A DNA stretch of 64,000 bases. It comes from Eledone cirrhosa (taxonomy: Eukaryota). The stretch spans positions 13,950,001-14,014,000 of the forward strand of contig OZ024763.1 in NCBI GenBank assembly GCA_964016885.1, in the 5' to 3' direction. The notes under the pieces were generated by a model. It worked only from the letters and a program-made list of their open reading frames with translations. It was not told where the DNA came from and ran no database searches. Below, one piece after another: positions 37,658 to 51,632 of the stretch. Made by a program: the position numbers and the translations under genes. Numbering within the stretch: the first letter of the stretch is position 1; every line of letters begins with the position of its first letter.

Positions 37658-39701
37658 TATTTATTTAAAGACATCCCATCATAATATTATGTAAGAACCT
37701 TTGTTAAGTTATGTTCCAAACATAGACAGTCATTCATTAGAAATATGGTAACGAAAGTGTTAAAGTGTTTATATTTATTTAAAGACCTTCCATCATAATT
37801 TTATGTAAGAACCTTTGTTAAGTTATGTTCCAAACATAGACAGTCATACATTAGAAATATGGTAACGAAAGTGTTAAAGTGTTTATATTTATTTAAAGAC
37901 CTTCCATCATAATTTTATGTAAGAACCTTTGTTAAGTTATGTTCCAAACATAGACAGTCATACATTAGAAATATGGTAACGAAAGTGTTAAAGTGTTTAT
38001 ATTTATTTAAAGACCTTCCATCATAATTTTATGTAAGAACCTTTGTTAAGTTATGTTCCAAACATAGACAGTCATACATTAGAAATATGGTAACGAAAGT
38101 GTTAAAGTGTTTATATTTATTTAAAGACCTTCCATCATAATTTTATGTAAGAACCTTTGTTAAGTTATGTTCCAAACATAGACAGTCATACATTAGAAAT
38201 ATGGTAACGAAAGTGTTAAAGTGTTTATATTTATTTAAAGACCTTCCATCATAATTTTATGTAAGAACCTTTGTTAAGTTATGTTCCAAACATAGACAGT
38301 CATACATTAGAAATATGGTAACGAAAGTGTTAAAGTGTTTATATTTATTTAAAGACCTTCCATCATAATTTTATGTAAGAACCTTTGTTAAGTTATGTTC
38401 CAAACATAGACAGTCATACATTAGAAATATGGTAACGAAAGTGTTAAAGTGTTTATATTTATTTAAAGACCTTCCATCATAATTTTATGTAAGAACCTTT
38501 GTTAAGTTATGTTCCAAACATAGACAGTCATACATTAGAAATATGGTAACGAAAGTGTTAAAGTGTTTATATTTATTTAAAGACCTTCCATCATAATTTT
38601 ATGTAAGAACCTTTGTTAAGTTATGTTCCAAACATAGACAGTCATACATTAGAAATATGGTAACGAAAGTGTTAAAGTGTTTATATTTATTTAAAGACCT
38701 TCCATCATAATTTTATGTAAGAACCTTTGTTAAGTTATGTTCCAAACATAGACAGTCATGCATTAGAAATATGGTAACGAAAGTGTTAAAGTGTTTATAT
38801 TTATTTAAAGACCTTCCATCATAATTTTATGTAAGAACCTTTGTTAAGTTATGTTCCAAACATAGACAGTCATACATTAGAAATATGGTAACGAAAGGGT
38901 TAAAGTGTTTATATTTATTTAAAGACCTTCCATCATAATTTTATGTAAGAACCTTTGTTAAGTTATGTTCCAAACATAGACAGTCATACATTAGAAATAT
39001 GGTAACGAAAGTGTTAAAGTGTTTATATTTATTTAAAGACCTTCCATCATAATTTTATGTAAGAACCTTTGTTAAGTTATGTTCCAAACATAGACAGTCA
39101 TACATTAGAAATATGGTAACGGAAGTGTTAAAGTGTTTATATTTATTTAAAGACCTTCCATCATAATTTTATGTAAGAACCTTTGTTAAGTTATGTTCCA
39201 AACATAGACAGTCATACATTAGAAATATGGTAACGAAAGTGTTAAAGTGTTTATATTTATTTAAAGACCTTCCATCATAATTTTATGTAAGAACCTTTGT
39301 TAAGTTATGTTCCAAACATAGACAGTCATACATTAGAAATATGGTAACGAAAGTGTTAAAGTGTTTATATTTATTTAAAGACCTTCCATCATAATTTTAT
39401 GTAAGAACCTTTGTTAAGTTATGTTCCAAACATAGACAGTCATACATTAGAAATATGGTAACGAAAGTGTTAAAGTGTTTATATTTATTTAAAGACCTTC
39501 CATCATAATTTTATGTAAGAACCTTTGTTAAGTTATGTTCCAAACATAGACAGTCATACATTAGAAATATGGTAACGAAAGTGTTAAAGTGTTTATATTT
39601 ATTTAAAGACCTTCCATCATAATTTTATGTAAGAACCTTTGTTAAGTTAAGTTCCAAACATAGATAGTCATACATTAGAAATATGGTAATAAAAGGGTTA
39701 A
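37658..39701. repeat. 114-bp satellite, about 18 near-identical copies
   Basis: Period 114 (aaagaccttc at 37781, 37895, ...). Confidence 0.95.
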
Positions 39702-40504
39702 TATGTGAGGAAAGATAAACAAGAGTAAAATACAATTTAGTGTTTTTCTATATTTTATTTCACACTATTATCATCATCATCAACATACTGATAGATGATA
39801 TATATATTACATATATGTATGCATATATATATATATATACACATGCATACACACACACACACACTATATGTATACGTATATATATATATAGACATACATA
39901 TATATGTTTATGTATATACAGAGAGAGAGGTAGAGAAAGACATGTATAACAGCTATACCTGATAATCTGCTCAGCCAACAACAACAACAACAACAACACA
40001 ACGTATTAGACCACCCCACCCACATCTCACAAAAAAAAACAATACAAAGGAAAGTACAAAAAATAACCCCACTAAATTTTTCTTTAAAATGTCAAATATC
40101 TTTACATACAAATTCTGCTTTTCTTTCCTTCTTTTTCAGGGTGTGTAGGGTGGGGCGAAGTGTGGGAGAATTTTTAATATTTTTTCCTCCTATTTTTTTT
40201 TTTATTAAATAGTTGATTATATGAATTTCTGACATGTGAGATATATACATACATTTTATATATATATATATATATATACATACATTATATATATATATAT
40301 ATATATATATACATACATTATATATATATACACATATATATGTAGATTACCCGAAATGTATCGGGATGGGGAAAGGGGAGGTAACCAGTTAAAAAAGGTA
40401 CTCAATACATTAGTATAGTATAGACAACTTTATTATATTATATATAAACCTTATGAATTATCAAACTGTTGGGAGTGTTTGAAATTTGAACATGTATATA
40501 TCAT

Positions 40505-40552
<48 letters not shown>

Positions 40553-41399
40553 ACAGATTGGCAAAATCTGTAGAAATTCTTCGAAATATATTTTATATTA
40601 ACCCACATTATATACACACAATCTCTCTCTCTCTCATGTATATATATATATATATATATATATACACGCATACACATAAAACATAATATACAAATGCACA
40701 CACACGTATACATATATATATATATACATACACACACTTAATTAAACACTATTAATTATATACATCATTATCATCATCAGCTTCATTATCATGGCATGAT
40801 TTGCACGTGTGTGTATATCTATGCATTTGTTGTATGTATGCATGCATATACATGAATATATATATATATATATATGTATATATGTGTGTATGTATACATG
40901 AATATATATATATGTGTGTGTGTGGTGAAAACATAAATAGCTGAGTGATCATTATCAATTTTCCAATCAATCACAATTTAATCAATTTAATTCTTTCATT
41001 TAATTAAAATTTCTATTTGACATTTAACGAAGGTAAATAAATTTTATCAATACAAACTTTCAATATTTTTAATAAAATAATAATAATAGTAATAAATGTA
41101 TTTTTTTGTTGTAAAAATGAAATTATACATACATGCATATATATATATATATATATAAATATATACATACATACAGAAACGGGTGAATGTGTATGTGTGT
41201 ATATATATGTATGTATACACACACTCGTGAGAATGTCAGGGAGGCTCTAACCACATTAAACAGCAAAAAAGAATATAAGGCAGGGTGTATACGAAACAAG
41301 GGAGTCCAACTGACTGTGTGTGTATATACATATATATAAATATAGAGAGAGATAGACATGGTGTATATATATATATATATATATATATTGGAACAGGAA

Positions 41400-42363
41400 T
41401 GATTTATACATATAAATACATATAAATACATGTATATATGCATATATATGTATATATATACACACACACATATATATACATACATACACATATACATACA
41501 TATATATACATATATAAATACATACACATATATATACATATACATACATATATATATACATATACATACATATATATATACATATACATACATATATATA
41601 TATATACATACATATATATATATATACATACACATACATATATATATACATACACATACATATACATACACATACATATATATATACATACACATACATA
41701 TATATATATATATACACACATATATATATATATATACACATATACATACATATATATATATACACATATACATACATATATATATATATATATACACATA
41801 TACATATATATATATATATACACATATACATACATATATATATATACACATATACATACATATATATATATACACATATACATACATATATATATACACA
41901 TATACATACATATATACATATACATACATATATATATATATATACACATATACTTACATATATATATATATACACATATACATACACACATATACATATA
42001 CATATATACATACACATATACATACATACATATACATACACATATATATATATATATTTACATACAAACATCCATATATGAAATAAATAAAATAAAATAA
42101 AGACTTCCACATCAGACAGAAAGTTAACAATCTAGGAGAGATGAAAGCTGATTAACTCAACCCAAGTAGTTGACTGGTATTTCATTTTATCAACCTCAGA
42201 AAAATGGAAGGCAAAGTTGACCTTGGTGGGATTTGAACTCCTTAGAATGTAAAGAACAGGCAAAAATACTGTTACACATTAGCCCAACGCTCCACCGATT
42301 CTGACAATCAACTGATCTTATTTAATACGAATCAAATTAAAATTAAAATATAAATTATTATGT

Positions 42364-42433
<70 letters not shown>

Positions 42434-42539
42434 CTTTTGGGAAAGTCATGGCTGAAAAGGAGGTAAATTTGTGTGAATAGGGAGACAAGAATGTGGCTAC
42501 GAGAATTCTGCAGATAATAGGGGCTACATCTCTTTATGT

Positions 42540-42582
<43 letters not shown>

Positions 42583-42755
42583 GAGAGATGTATATATATA
42601 TATATATGTACATACATATATATATATACATATATATACATACATATATATATACATATATATACATACATATATATATACATATATATACATACATATA
42701 TATATATATACATATATATTCATACATATATATATATATACATATATATTCATAC

Positions 42756-42788
<33 letters not shown>

Positions 42789-43178
42789 CATACATATATA
42801 TACTTACATATATATATATATATACTTACATATATATATATATATACTTACATATATATATATATACTTACATATATATATATACTTATATATATATATA
42901 CTTACATATATATATATATAGAGATACTTAAATATATATATATATACTTATATATATATATATATACTTACATATATATATATATATACTTACATATATA
43001 TATATATATATACTTACATATATATATACTTATATATATATATATATACTTATATATATATACTTATATATATATATATATTCTTACATATATATATATA
43101 TATATATACTTATATATATATATATATATATATTCTTACATATATATATATACTTACACACATATATATATATATACT

Positions 43179-43214
<36 letters not shown>

Positions 43215-43290
43215 CATATATATATATATATTCTTACATATATATATATACTTACATATATATATATACACACATACACACACACACAGG
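41400..43290. repeat. (TA)n/(TACA)n/(TG)n microsatellite region containing a diverged SINE A (42165-42312, -)
   Basis: Direct inspection. Confidence 0.9.
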
Positions 43291-43672
43291 CTTACAGAGA
43301 GCGACAGAGAGAGGGATTCACAGGTGTAGTGTTCATTTCATGTTCCTCGTTAAGACTTTTCTCTCACCTGGAGTCAGAGAGAGGGGGGTGGGATTGTTAA
43401 CGAAGGTAATTTGTCTCGTTTGTGCTTGTTTTTGTTTTTTTCTCTTTCAAAATATGGTGGGAATGGGGCAGGGCAGAGTGAAGGGAGACATTTAGGAAGG
43501 GATGGTCAGGTTTGGGTTGGGTTGATTGACACGAGAAATTTAGAAAGAGGAAGGTACCAAGACTATTGTGTAAGGTTTCGTTATGAATGTAGCCCCAACT
43601 TCACTTCCCCCAGGGGTGGGGGAAATTAATATTGGGGTGTCACCAGGAATAGAAAAAAAGGGATTATGGAAG

Positions 43673-46070
43673 AGGTGTGTTGTATGTGTAATGTGGTGTG
43701 GTGTGTTGTATGTGTAATGTGTTGTGGTGTGGTGTGTTGTGTGTGTAATGTGGTGTGGTGTGTTGTATGTGTAATGTGGTGTGGTGTGGTGTGTTGTGGT
43801 GTGTTGTATGTGTAATGTGTAATGTGGTGTGGTGTGGTGTGTTGTATGTGTAATGTAGTGTGGTGTGTTGTATGTGTAATGTGGTGTGGTGTGTTGTATG
43901 TGTAATGTGTTGTGGTGTGGTGTGTTGTGTGTGTAATGTGGTGTGGTGTGTTGTATGTGTAATGTGGTGTGGTGTGGTGTGTTGTGGTGTGGTGTGTTGT
44001 ATGTGTAATGTGTAATGTGGTGTGGTGTGGTGTGTTGTATGTGTAATGTAGTGTGGTGTGTTGTATGTGTAATGTGGTGTGGTGTGTTGTATGTGTAATG
44101 TAGTGTGGTGTGGTGTGTTGTATGTGTAATGTAGTGTGGTGTGGTGTGTTGTATGTGTAATGTAGTGTGGTGTGGTGTGTTGTATGTGTAATGTAGTGTG
44201 GTGTGGTGTGTTGTATGTGTAATGTGGTGTGGTGTGGTGTGGTGTGTTGTATGTGTAATGTGGTGTGGTGTGTTGTGTGTGTAATGTAGTGTGGTGTGTT
44301 GTGTGTGTAATGTAGTGTGGTGTGTTGTATGTGTAATGTAGTGTGGTGTGTTGTGTGTGTAATGTAGTGTGGTGTGTTGTATGTGTAATGTGGTGTGGTG
44401 TGTTGTCTGTGTAATGTGTAGTGTTGTATGTGTAATGTGGTGTGGTGTGTTGTATGTGTAATGTGGTGTGTTGTATGTGTAATGTGGTGTGTTGTCTGTG
44501 TAATGTGTAATGTGGTGTGTTGTATGTGTAATGTGGTGTGGTGTGGTGTGTTGTATGTGTAATGTGGTGTGTTGTGGTGTGGTGTGTTGTGTGTGTAATG
44601 TGGTGTGGTGTGTTGTATGTGTAATGTGTTGTGGTGTGGTGAGTTGTATGTGTAATGTGTTGTGGTGTGGTGAGTTGTATGTGTAATGCGGTGTGGTGTG
44701 TTGTATGTGTAATGTGGTGTGTTTTATGTGTAATGTGGTGTGGTGAGTTGTATGTGTAATGTGTGTGTAATGTGTTGTATGTGTGTGTGTGTGTATGTAA
44801 GTAATGTAGTATTGTGTGTGTATGTAATGTAGTATGTGTATATATGTAAGTAATGTAGTGTGGTGCGTATGTAAGTAATGTGGTGTGTGTATGTATGTAA
44901 TGTAGTGTGTGTATGTAAGTAATGTAGTGTGGTGTGTATGTAAGTAATGTAGTGTGTGTATGTATGTAATGTAGTATGGTGTGTGCATGTAAGTAGTATG
45001 GTGTGTGTGTGTAATGTAGTGTGGTGTGTATGTAAGTAATGTAGTATGGTGTGTGTATGTAAGTAATGTAGTGTGTGTAATGTAGTGTGGTGTGTATGTA
45101 AGTAATGTAGTGTGTGTATGTATGTAATGTAGTATGGTGTGTGCATGTAAGTAGTATGGTGTGTGTGTGTAATGTAGTGTGGTGTGTATGTAAGTAATGT
45201 AGTATGGTGTGTGTATGTAAGTAATGTAGTGTGTGTAATGTAGTGTGGTGTGTATGTAAGTAATGTAGTGTGTGTATGTATGTAATGTAGTATGGTGTGT
45301 GCATGTAAGTAGTATGGTGTGTGTGTGTAATGTAGTGTGGTGTGTATGTAAGTAATGTAGTATGGTGTGTGTATGTAAGTAATGTAGTGTGTGTAATGTA
45401 GTGTGGTGTGTATGTAAGTAATGTAGTGTGTGTATGTATGTAATGTAGTATGGTGTGTGCATGTAAGTAGTATGGTGTGTGTGTGTAATGTAGTGTGGTG
45501 TGTATGTAAGTAATGTAGTATGGTGTGTGTATGTAAGTAATGTAGTGTGTGTAATGTAGTGTGGTGTGTATGTAAGTAATGTAGTGTGTGTATGTATGTA
45601 ATGTAGTATGGTGTGTGTATGTAAGTAATGTAGTGTGTGTAATGTAGTGTGGTGTGTATGTAAGTAATGTAGTGTGTGTATGTATGTAATGTAGTATGGT
45701 GTGTGCATGTAAGTAGTATGGTGTGTGTGTGTAATGTAGTGTGGTGTGTATGTAAGTAATGTAGTATGGTGTGTGTATGTAAGTAATGTAGTGTGTGTAA
45801 TGTAGTGTGGTGTGTATGTAAGTAATGTAGTGTGTGTATGTATGTAATGTAGTATGGTGTGTGTATGTAAGTAATGTAGTGTGTGTAATGTAGTGCGGTG
45901 TGTATGTAAGTAATGTAGTGTGTGTATGTATGTAATGTAGTATGGTGTGTGCATGTAAGTAGTATGGTGTGTGTGTGTAATGTAGTGTGGTGTGTATGTA
46001 AGTAATGTAGTATGGTGCGTATATATGTAAGTAATGTAGTGGTGTGTGTGTGTATGTGGTGTGTAGTATG
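43673..46070. repeat. GT-rich compound satellite (GTGTG/TAATG, then higher-order blocks)
   Basis: Source of the spurious His/Thr/Tyr ORFs. Confidence 0.95.
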
Positions 46071-46171
46071 TAGAATCACCAGGAATGGAGTAGAGAGAGG
46101 GAGGGGATGTAAGTGGTGTGTATGTAATTTAATAAACTCTCCACCATTGCTTCCTACAAACTCCCTTTGTG

Positions 46172-46177
46172 TTTATT
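46172..46177 (-). promoter_or_regulatory. Candidate polyadenylation signal for myosin XVIII
   Basis: AATAAA on the minus strand about 1.3 kb past the stop codon, in a non-repetitive island; other AATAAA candidates lie further left (e.g. 40201). Confidence 0.3.
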
Positions 46178-46320
46178 TTAAAACAAAACATTCTGACTGT
46201 TGTTACTGTGGTTGTTGTTGTTGTTATTTCCATGGATGCCAAAATGTGCTGGAAGTTCTCGAAAATATGTTTATACATATGGGCACACACTTATATATTT
46301 ATATATATACATATACATAC

Positions 46321-46389
<69 letters not shown>

Positions 46390-46670
46390 CATATATACAT
46401 ACATACACACATACATATATACATATACACATACATATATACATATACACATATATATATATATATACATACATATATATATACATACATATATATATAT
46501 ACACATATATATATACATACATATATATATACATACATATATATATATACACATATATATATATATATATATATACATACATATATATATACATACATAT
46601 ATATATATATACATACATACATATATATATATACATACATACATACATATATATATACATACGTATATAT

Positions 46671-46701
<31 letters not shown>

Positions 46702-46711
46702 CATACATATA

Positions 46712-46749
<38 letters not shown>

Positions 46750-46939
46750 CATATATGCATATATATACATATATATATATATACATATACATACATATAT
46801 ATATACATAGAGATATACATACATATATATACATATACATATATATATACATACATACACATATATATATATACATATACATACATATATATATATATAC
46901 ATATATACATGTATGTATATATAAAAGTTTTGTGTGTAC

Positions 46940-46976
<37 letters not shown>

Positions 46977-47198
46977 GTATAGATGTGAGTGCGTAGAAAA
47001 ATGTCCAAGTAGCCACCAACCGTTGCCTCCCTCCATCACCAGTTGCCATGGAGATGTTGAGGTGAGTTCCCACCAGAGGGAGTTGGTGTCCTCTTGCTGT
47101 TTGGTCATCTGGGTCATAGCATCACCCCTCCCTACTCCCCATGGCCACACACAGACTGATGCATTTACACACACACATATAACATGTATATATGTATG

Positions 47199-47234
<36 letters not shown>

Positions 47235-47318
47235 TGTATATATAATATATATAATACATATATATATGTATATATATGTGTGTGTATGCATGAATGTATG
47301 TATATAGGTATGTGTATG

Positions 47319-47357
<39 letters not shown>

Positions 47358-47477
47358 AGGAAGTGGGAGGCTATGCAATGACCACATGTTTACCCTAGCT
47401 TATCATTGGTTGGTTGGTTGCCATGGTGTTGGCTGTTTTTCTCGAATCTCTGCAGCGTTGTGAGCTTCATGCTGTTC

Positions 47478-47497
47478 TCAAGCCTCTGATACAGACC
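47478..47497 (-). CDS. MYO18A: Probable terminal coding exon of myosin XVIII (GSVSEA*)
   Basis: attacag acceptor at 47498-47499; phase-1 reading gives (G)SVSEA then TGA, followed by UTR-like sequence. Confidence 0.55.
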
Positions 47498-47931
47498 CTG
47501 TAATATATATATATAACAAAAAGAGAGTTAAATGCCTATTAATACTTTTTAGTAATCACAAGTTGAAATGTTTATAGACCTTGTTTTTTTTAGATATAAT
47601 TGTATAATTTAATTCCTTTAACCCTTTAGCATTTACATTACTCTATATATACTATTGTATTTTCACTATAAAAGCTTTACCTCACATAATATTGAATCTG
47701 AGATTTTGATATTATTCATTTTGAGAACAATACCTTAACATAAGTATGAGTATAAAATTACGGCTGGTTTGAACAGAAAGAGGTAAAAGGATTCTGGCCA
47801 GATACAGCCAGTTTAAATGATAAGGCCTTGCGGAAATACCTTAATCAGTGTGGTTCTTCCTTTTAACTGGCAACGACAGGCTTCCGACATCCATGCATAA
47901 ATAATTATGTCTTCAACACTCGATTCGTTCA

Positions 47932-48918
47932 TCATCATCATTTCATCATTTCATTTTACGTCCACTTTTCCCTGCTTGCAAGGGTGGGACGGGAACTGAT
48001 TCTGGCTTGATTTCTACAGCTGGATGCCCTTCCTAACACCAACCTCATTTACAGTGAGTGCTGGGTGCTTTATTGCCGTGGCACCTCCACGACCACTTTG
48101 CAGTGGAATGATAGGGACCCAAGTCCCTATCATCTCATTTCTACAGCTGGATGCCCTTCCTAACACCAACCTCATTTACAGTGAGTGCTGGGTGCTTTTT
48201 TGCCGTGGCACCTCCACAACCACTTTGCTGTGGAATGATAGGGATCCCAGTCCCTATCATCTCATTTCTACAGCTGGATGCCCTTCCTAACACCAACCTC
48301 ATTTACAGTGAGTGCTGGGTGCTTTTTTGCCGTGGCACCTCCACGACCACTTTGCAGTGGAATGATAGGGACCCAAGTCCCTATCATCAGATTTCTACAG
48401 CTGGATGCCCTTCCTAACACCAACCTCATTTACAGTGAGTGCTGGGTTCTTTTTTGCCGTGGCACCTCCACGACCACTTTGCAGTGAAATGATAGGGACC
48501 CAAGTCCCTATCATCTCATTTCTACAGCTGGATGCCCTTCCTAACACCAACCTTATTTACAGTGAGTGCTGGGTGCTTTTTTGCCGTGGCACCTCCACGA
48601 CCACTTTGCTGTGGAATGATAGGGATCCCAGTCCCTATCATCACATTTCTACAGCTGGATGCCCTTCCTAACACCAACCTCATTTACAGTGAGTGCTGGG
48701 TGCTTTTTTGCCGTGGCACCTCCACGACCACTTTGCAGTGGAATGATAGGGACCCAAGTCCCTATCATCTCATTTCTACAGCTGGATGCCCTTCCTAACA
48801 CCAACCTTATTTACAGTGAGTGCTGGGTGCTTTTTTGCCGTGGCACCTCCACGACCACTTTGCTGTGGAATGATAGGGATCCCAGTCCCTATCATCTCAT
48901 TTCTACAGCTGAGTAAAC
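47932..48918 (-). mobile_element. SINE family C with an internal 127-bp unit amplified about 7 times
   Basis: RTE-type tail at 47932-47995; period 127 (ORF starts 48024, 48151, 48278...); single-unit relative at 61180-61715. Confidence 0.9.
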
Positions 48919-49130
48919 TTATACATATATATTTATTGTTTGAAGGCCGAATTTATGTACACATAGGAGGATATAGGAAATGAAAGCAATTACTGGCCAT
49001 TAGGTTGAAGCTCGGCAGAAACTTCCTAGAACAGAACAGGAAATGTTGAGTACCTAATGGTTGATAACATCCCATAACAGAACAATACAGGAAATGGTGG
49101 TGTTGGTGTTGGTGGTATACTGATACTAAC

Positions 49131-49294
49131 CTTTGTTTAAAGGGATAGAGTTTTCCCCATACTGACCATCTTCTTCCAAACTTGTGCCCAAAACAGACAT
49201 GGGCCTTTCAGTGGTGTTGTTATAGGAACTAGTAACGGTTTTATGGTTTGCCATGTATGGATCGTCTAAATCATCTTGAAAATCCTCCTCATCG
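49131..49294 (-). CDS. MYO18A: Myosin XVIII-like non-helical tailpiece exon
   Basis: tttttag/gttagt; 164 nt, phase 2/1, open in the frame set by the previous exon: (S)DEEDFQDDLDDPYMANHKTVTSSYNNTTERPMSVLGTSLEEDGQYGENSIPLNK. Confidence 0.75.
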
Positions 49295-49344
49295 CTAAAA
49301 AGAGTGAAATATAATTGAAATACTGGTCATTGTATATGATGTAC

Positions 49345-51545
49345 AGTAGTGTAGTCTTAGCTATGACAAGAGTGTGGTGTAGTCATAACTATGACTAGAG
49401 TGTGGTGGTGTCATAACTATGACAAGAGTGTGGTGATGTCATAACTATGACAAGAGTGTGGTGGTGTCATAACTATGACTAGAGTGTGGTGGTGTCATAA
49501 CTATGACAAGAGTGTGGTGATGTCATAACTATGACAAGAGTGTGGTGATGTCATAACTATGACAAGAGTGTGGTGGTGTCATAACTATGACTAGAGTGTG
49601 GTGGTGTCATAACTATGACAAGAGTGTGGTGATGTCATAACTATGACAAGAGTGTGGTGGTGTCATAACTATGACTAGAGTGTGGTGGTGTCATAACTAT
49701 GACAAGAGTGTGGTGATGTCATAACTATGACAAGAGTGTGGTGATGTCATAACTATGACAAGAGTGTGGTGGTGTCATAACAATGACTAGAGTGTGGTGG
49801 TGTCATAACTATGACAAGAGTGTGGTGATGTCATAACTATGACAAGTGTGGTGGTGTCATAACTATGACTAGAGTGTGGTGGAGTCATAACAATGACAAG
49901 AGTGTGGTGGTGTCATAACAATGACAAGAGTGTGGTGGAGTCATAACAATGACAAGAGTGTGGTGGTGTCATAACAATGACTAGAGTGTGGTGGAGTCAT
50001 AACTATGACAAGAGTGTGGTGGAGTCATAACTATGACAAGAGTGTGGTGGTGTCATAACAATGACAAGAGTGTGGTGGTGTCATAACTATGACTAGAGTG
50101 TGGAGTAGTCATAACTATGACTATAGTGTGGAGTAGTCATAACTATGACTAGAGTGTGGAGTAGTCTTAACTATGACTAGAGTGTGGAGTAGTCATAGCT
50201 ATGACTATAGTGTGGAGTAGTCATAACTATGACTATAGTGTGGAGTAGTCATAACTATGACTAGAGTGTGGAGTAGTCATAACTATGACTAGAGTGTGGT
50301 GTAGTCATAACTATGACTAGAGTGTGGAGTAGTCATAGCTATGACTATAGTGTGGTGGTGTCATAGCTATGACAAGAGTGTGGTGGTGTCATAACTATGA
50401 CTAGTGTGTGGTAGTGTTATAACTATGGCTATAGTGTGGTGGTCATAACTATGGCTAGTTTGTGGTGGTGTCATAACTATGACTAGAGTGTGGAGTAGTC
50501 ATAACTATGACTATAGTGTGGAGTAGTCATAGCTATGACTAGAGTGTGGAGTAGTCATAGCTATGACTATAGTGTGGTGTAGTCATAACTATGACTAGAG
50601 TGTGGTGTAGTCATAACTATGACTATAGTGTGGTGGTGTCATAACTATGACTAGAGTGTTGTGTAGTCTTAACTATGACTATAGTGTGGTGGAGTCATAA
50701 CTATGACTATAGTGTGGTGTAGTCTTAACTATGACTATAGTGTGGTGGAGTCATAACTATGACTATAGTGTGGTGGTGTCATAACTATGACTAGAGTGTT
50801 GTGTAGTCTTAACTATGACTATAGTGTGGTGGAGTCATAACTATGACTATAGTGTGGTGTAGTCTTAACTATGACTATAGTGTGGTGGAGTCATAACTAT
50901 GACTATAGTGTGGTGGTGTCATAACTATGACTAGAGTGTTGTGTAGTCTTAACTATGACTAGAGTGTGGTGTAGTCATAACTATGACTAGAGTGTGGTGT
51001 AGTCATAACTATGACTATAGTGTGGTGGAGTCATAACTATGACTAGAGTGTTGTGTAGTCTTAACTATGGCTAGAGTGTGGTGTAGTCATAACTATGACA
51101 AGAGTGTGGTGGAGTCATAACTATGACTAGAGTGTTGTGTAGTCTTAACTATGGCTATAGTGTGGTGGTGTCATAACTATGACTAGAGTGTGGTGTAGTC
51201 TTAACTATGACTATAGTGTGGTGGAGTCATAACTATGGCTATAGTGTGGTGGTGTCATAACTATGACTAGAGTGTTGTGTAGTCATAACTATGACTAGAG
51301 TGTGGTGGAGTCATAATTATGGCTATAGTGTGGTGGTGTCATAACTATGACTAGAGTGTGGTGTAGTCTTAACTATGGCTATAGTGTGGTGGTGTCATAA
51401 CTATGACTATAGTGTGGTGGTCATAACTATGACTAGTGTGTGGTAGTGTTATAACTATGGCTATAGTGTGGTGGTCATAACTATGGCTAGTTTGTGGTGG
51501 AGTCATAACTATGACTATACTGTAGTTAAGTCATAGCTATGATTA
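49345..51545. repeat. 28-bp minisatellite with palindromic core GTCATAACTATGAC
   Basis: About 78 units, in a myosin intron. Confidence 0.95.
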
Positions 51546-51572
51546 TCTGGGACTGTTTAACCAACAATCTAT

Positions 51573-51627
<55 letters not shown>

Positions 51628-51632
<5 letters not shown>

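Noticed and set aside
43540-46079. His/Thr/Tyr-rich ORFs up to 804 aa
   Set aside because: Translations of a GT-rich satellite, open in several frames
48024-48983. Tandem family of 88-aa small proteins
   Set aside because: Staggered ORFs produced by a 127-bp SINE-derived repeat
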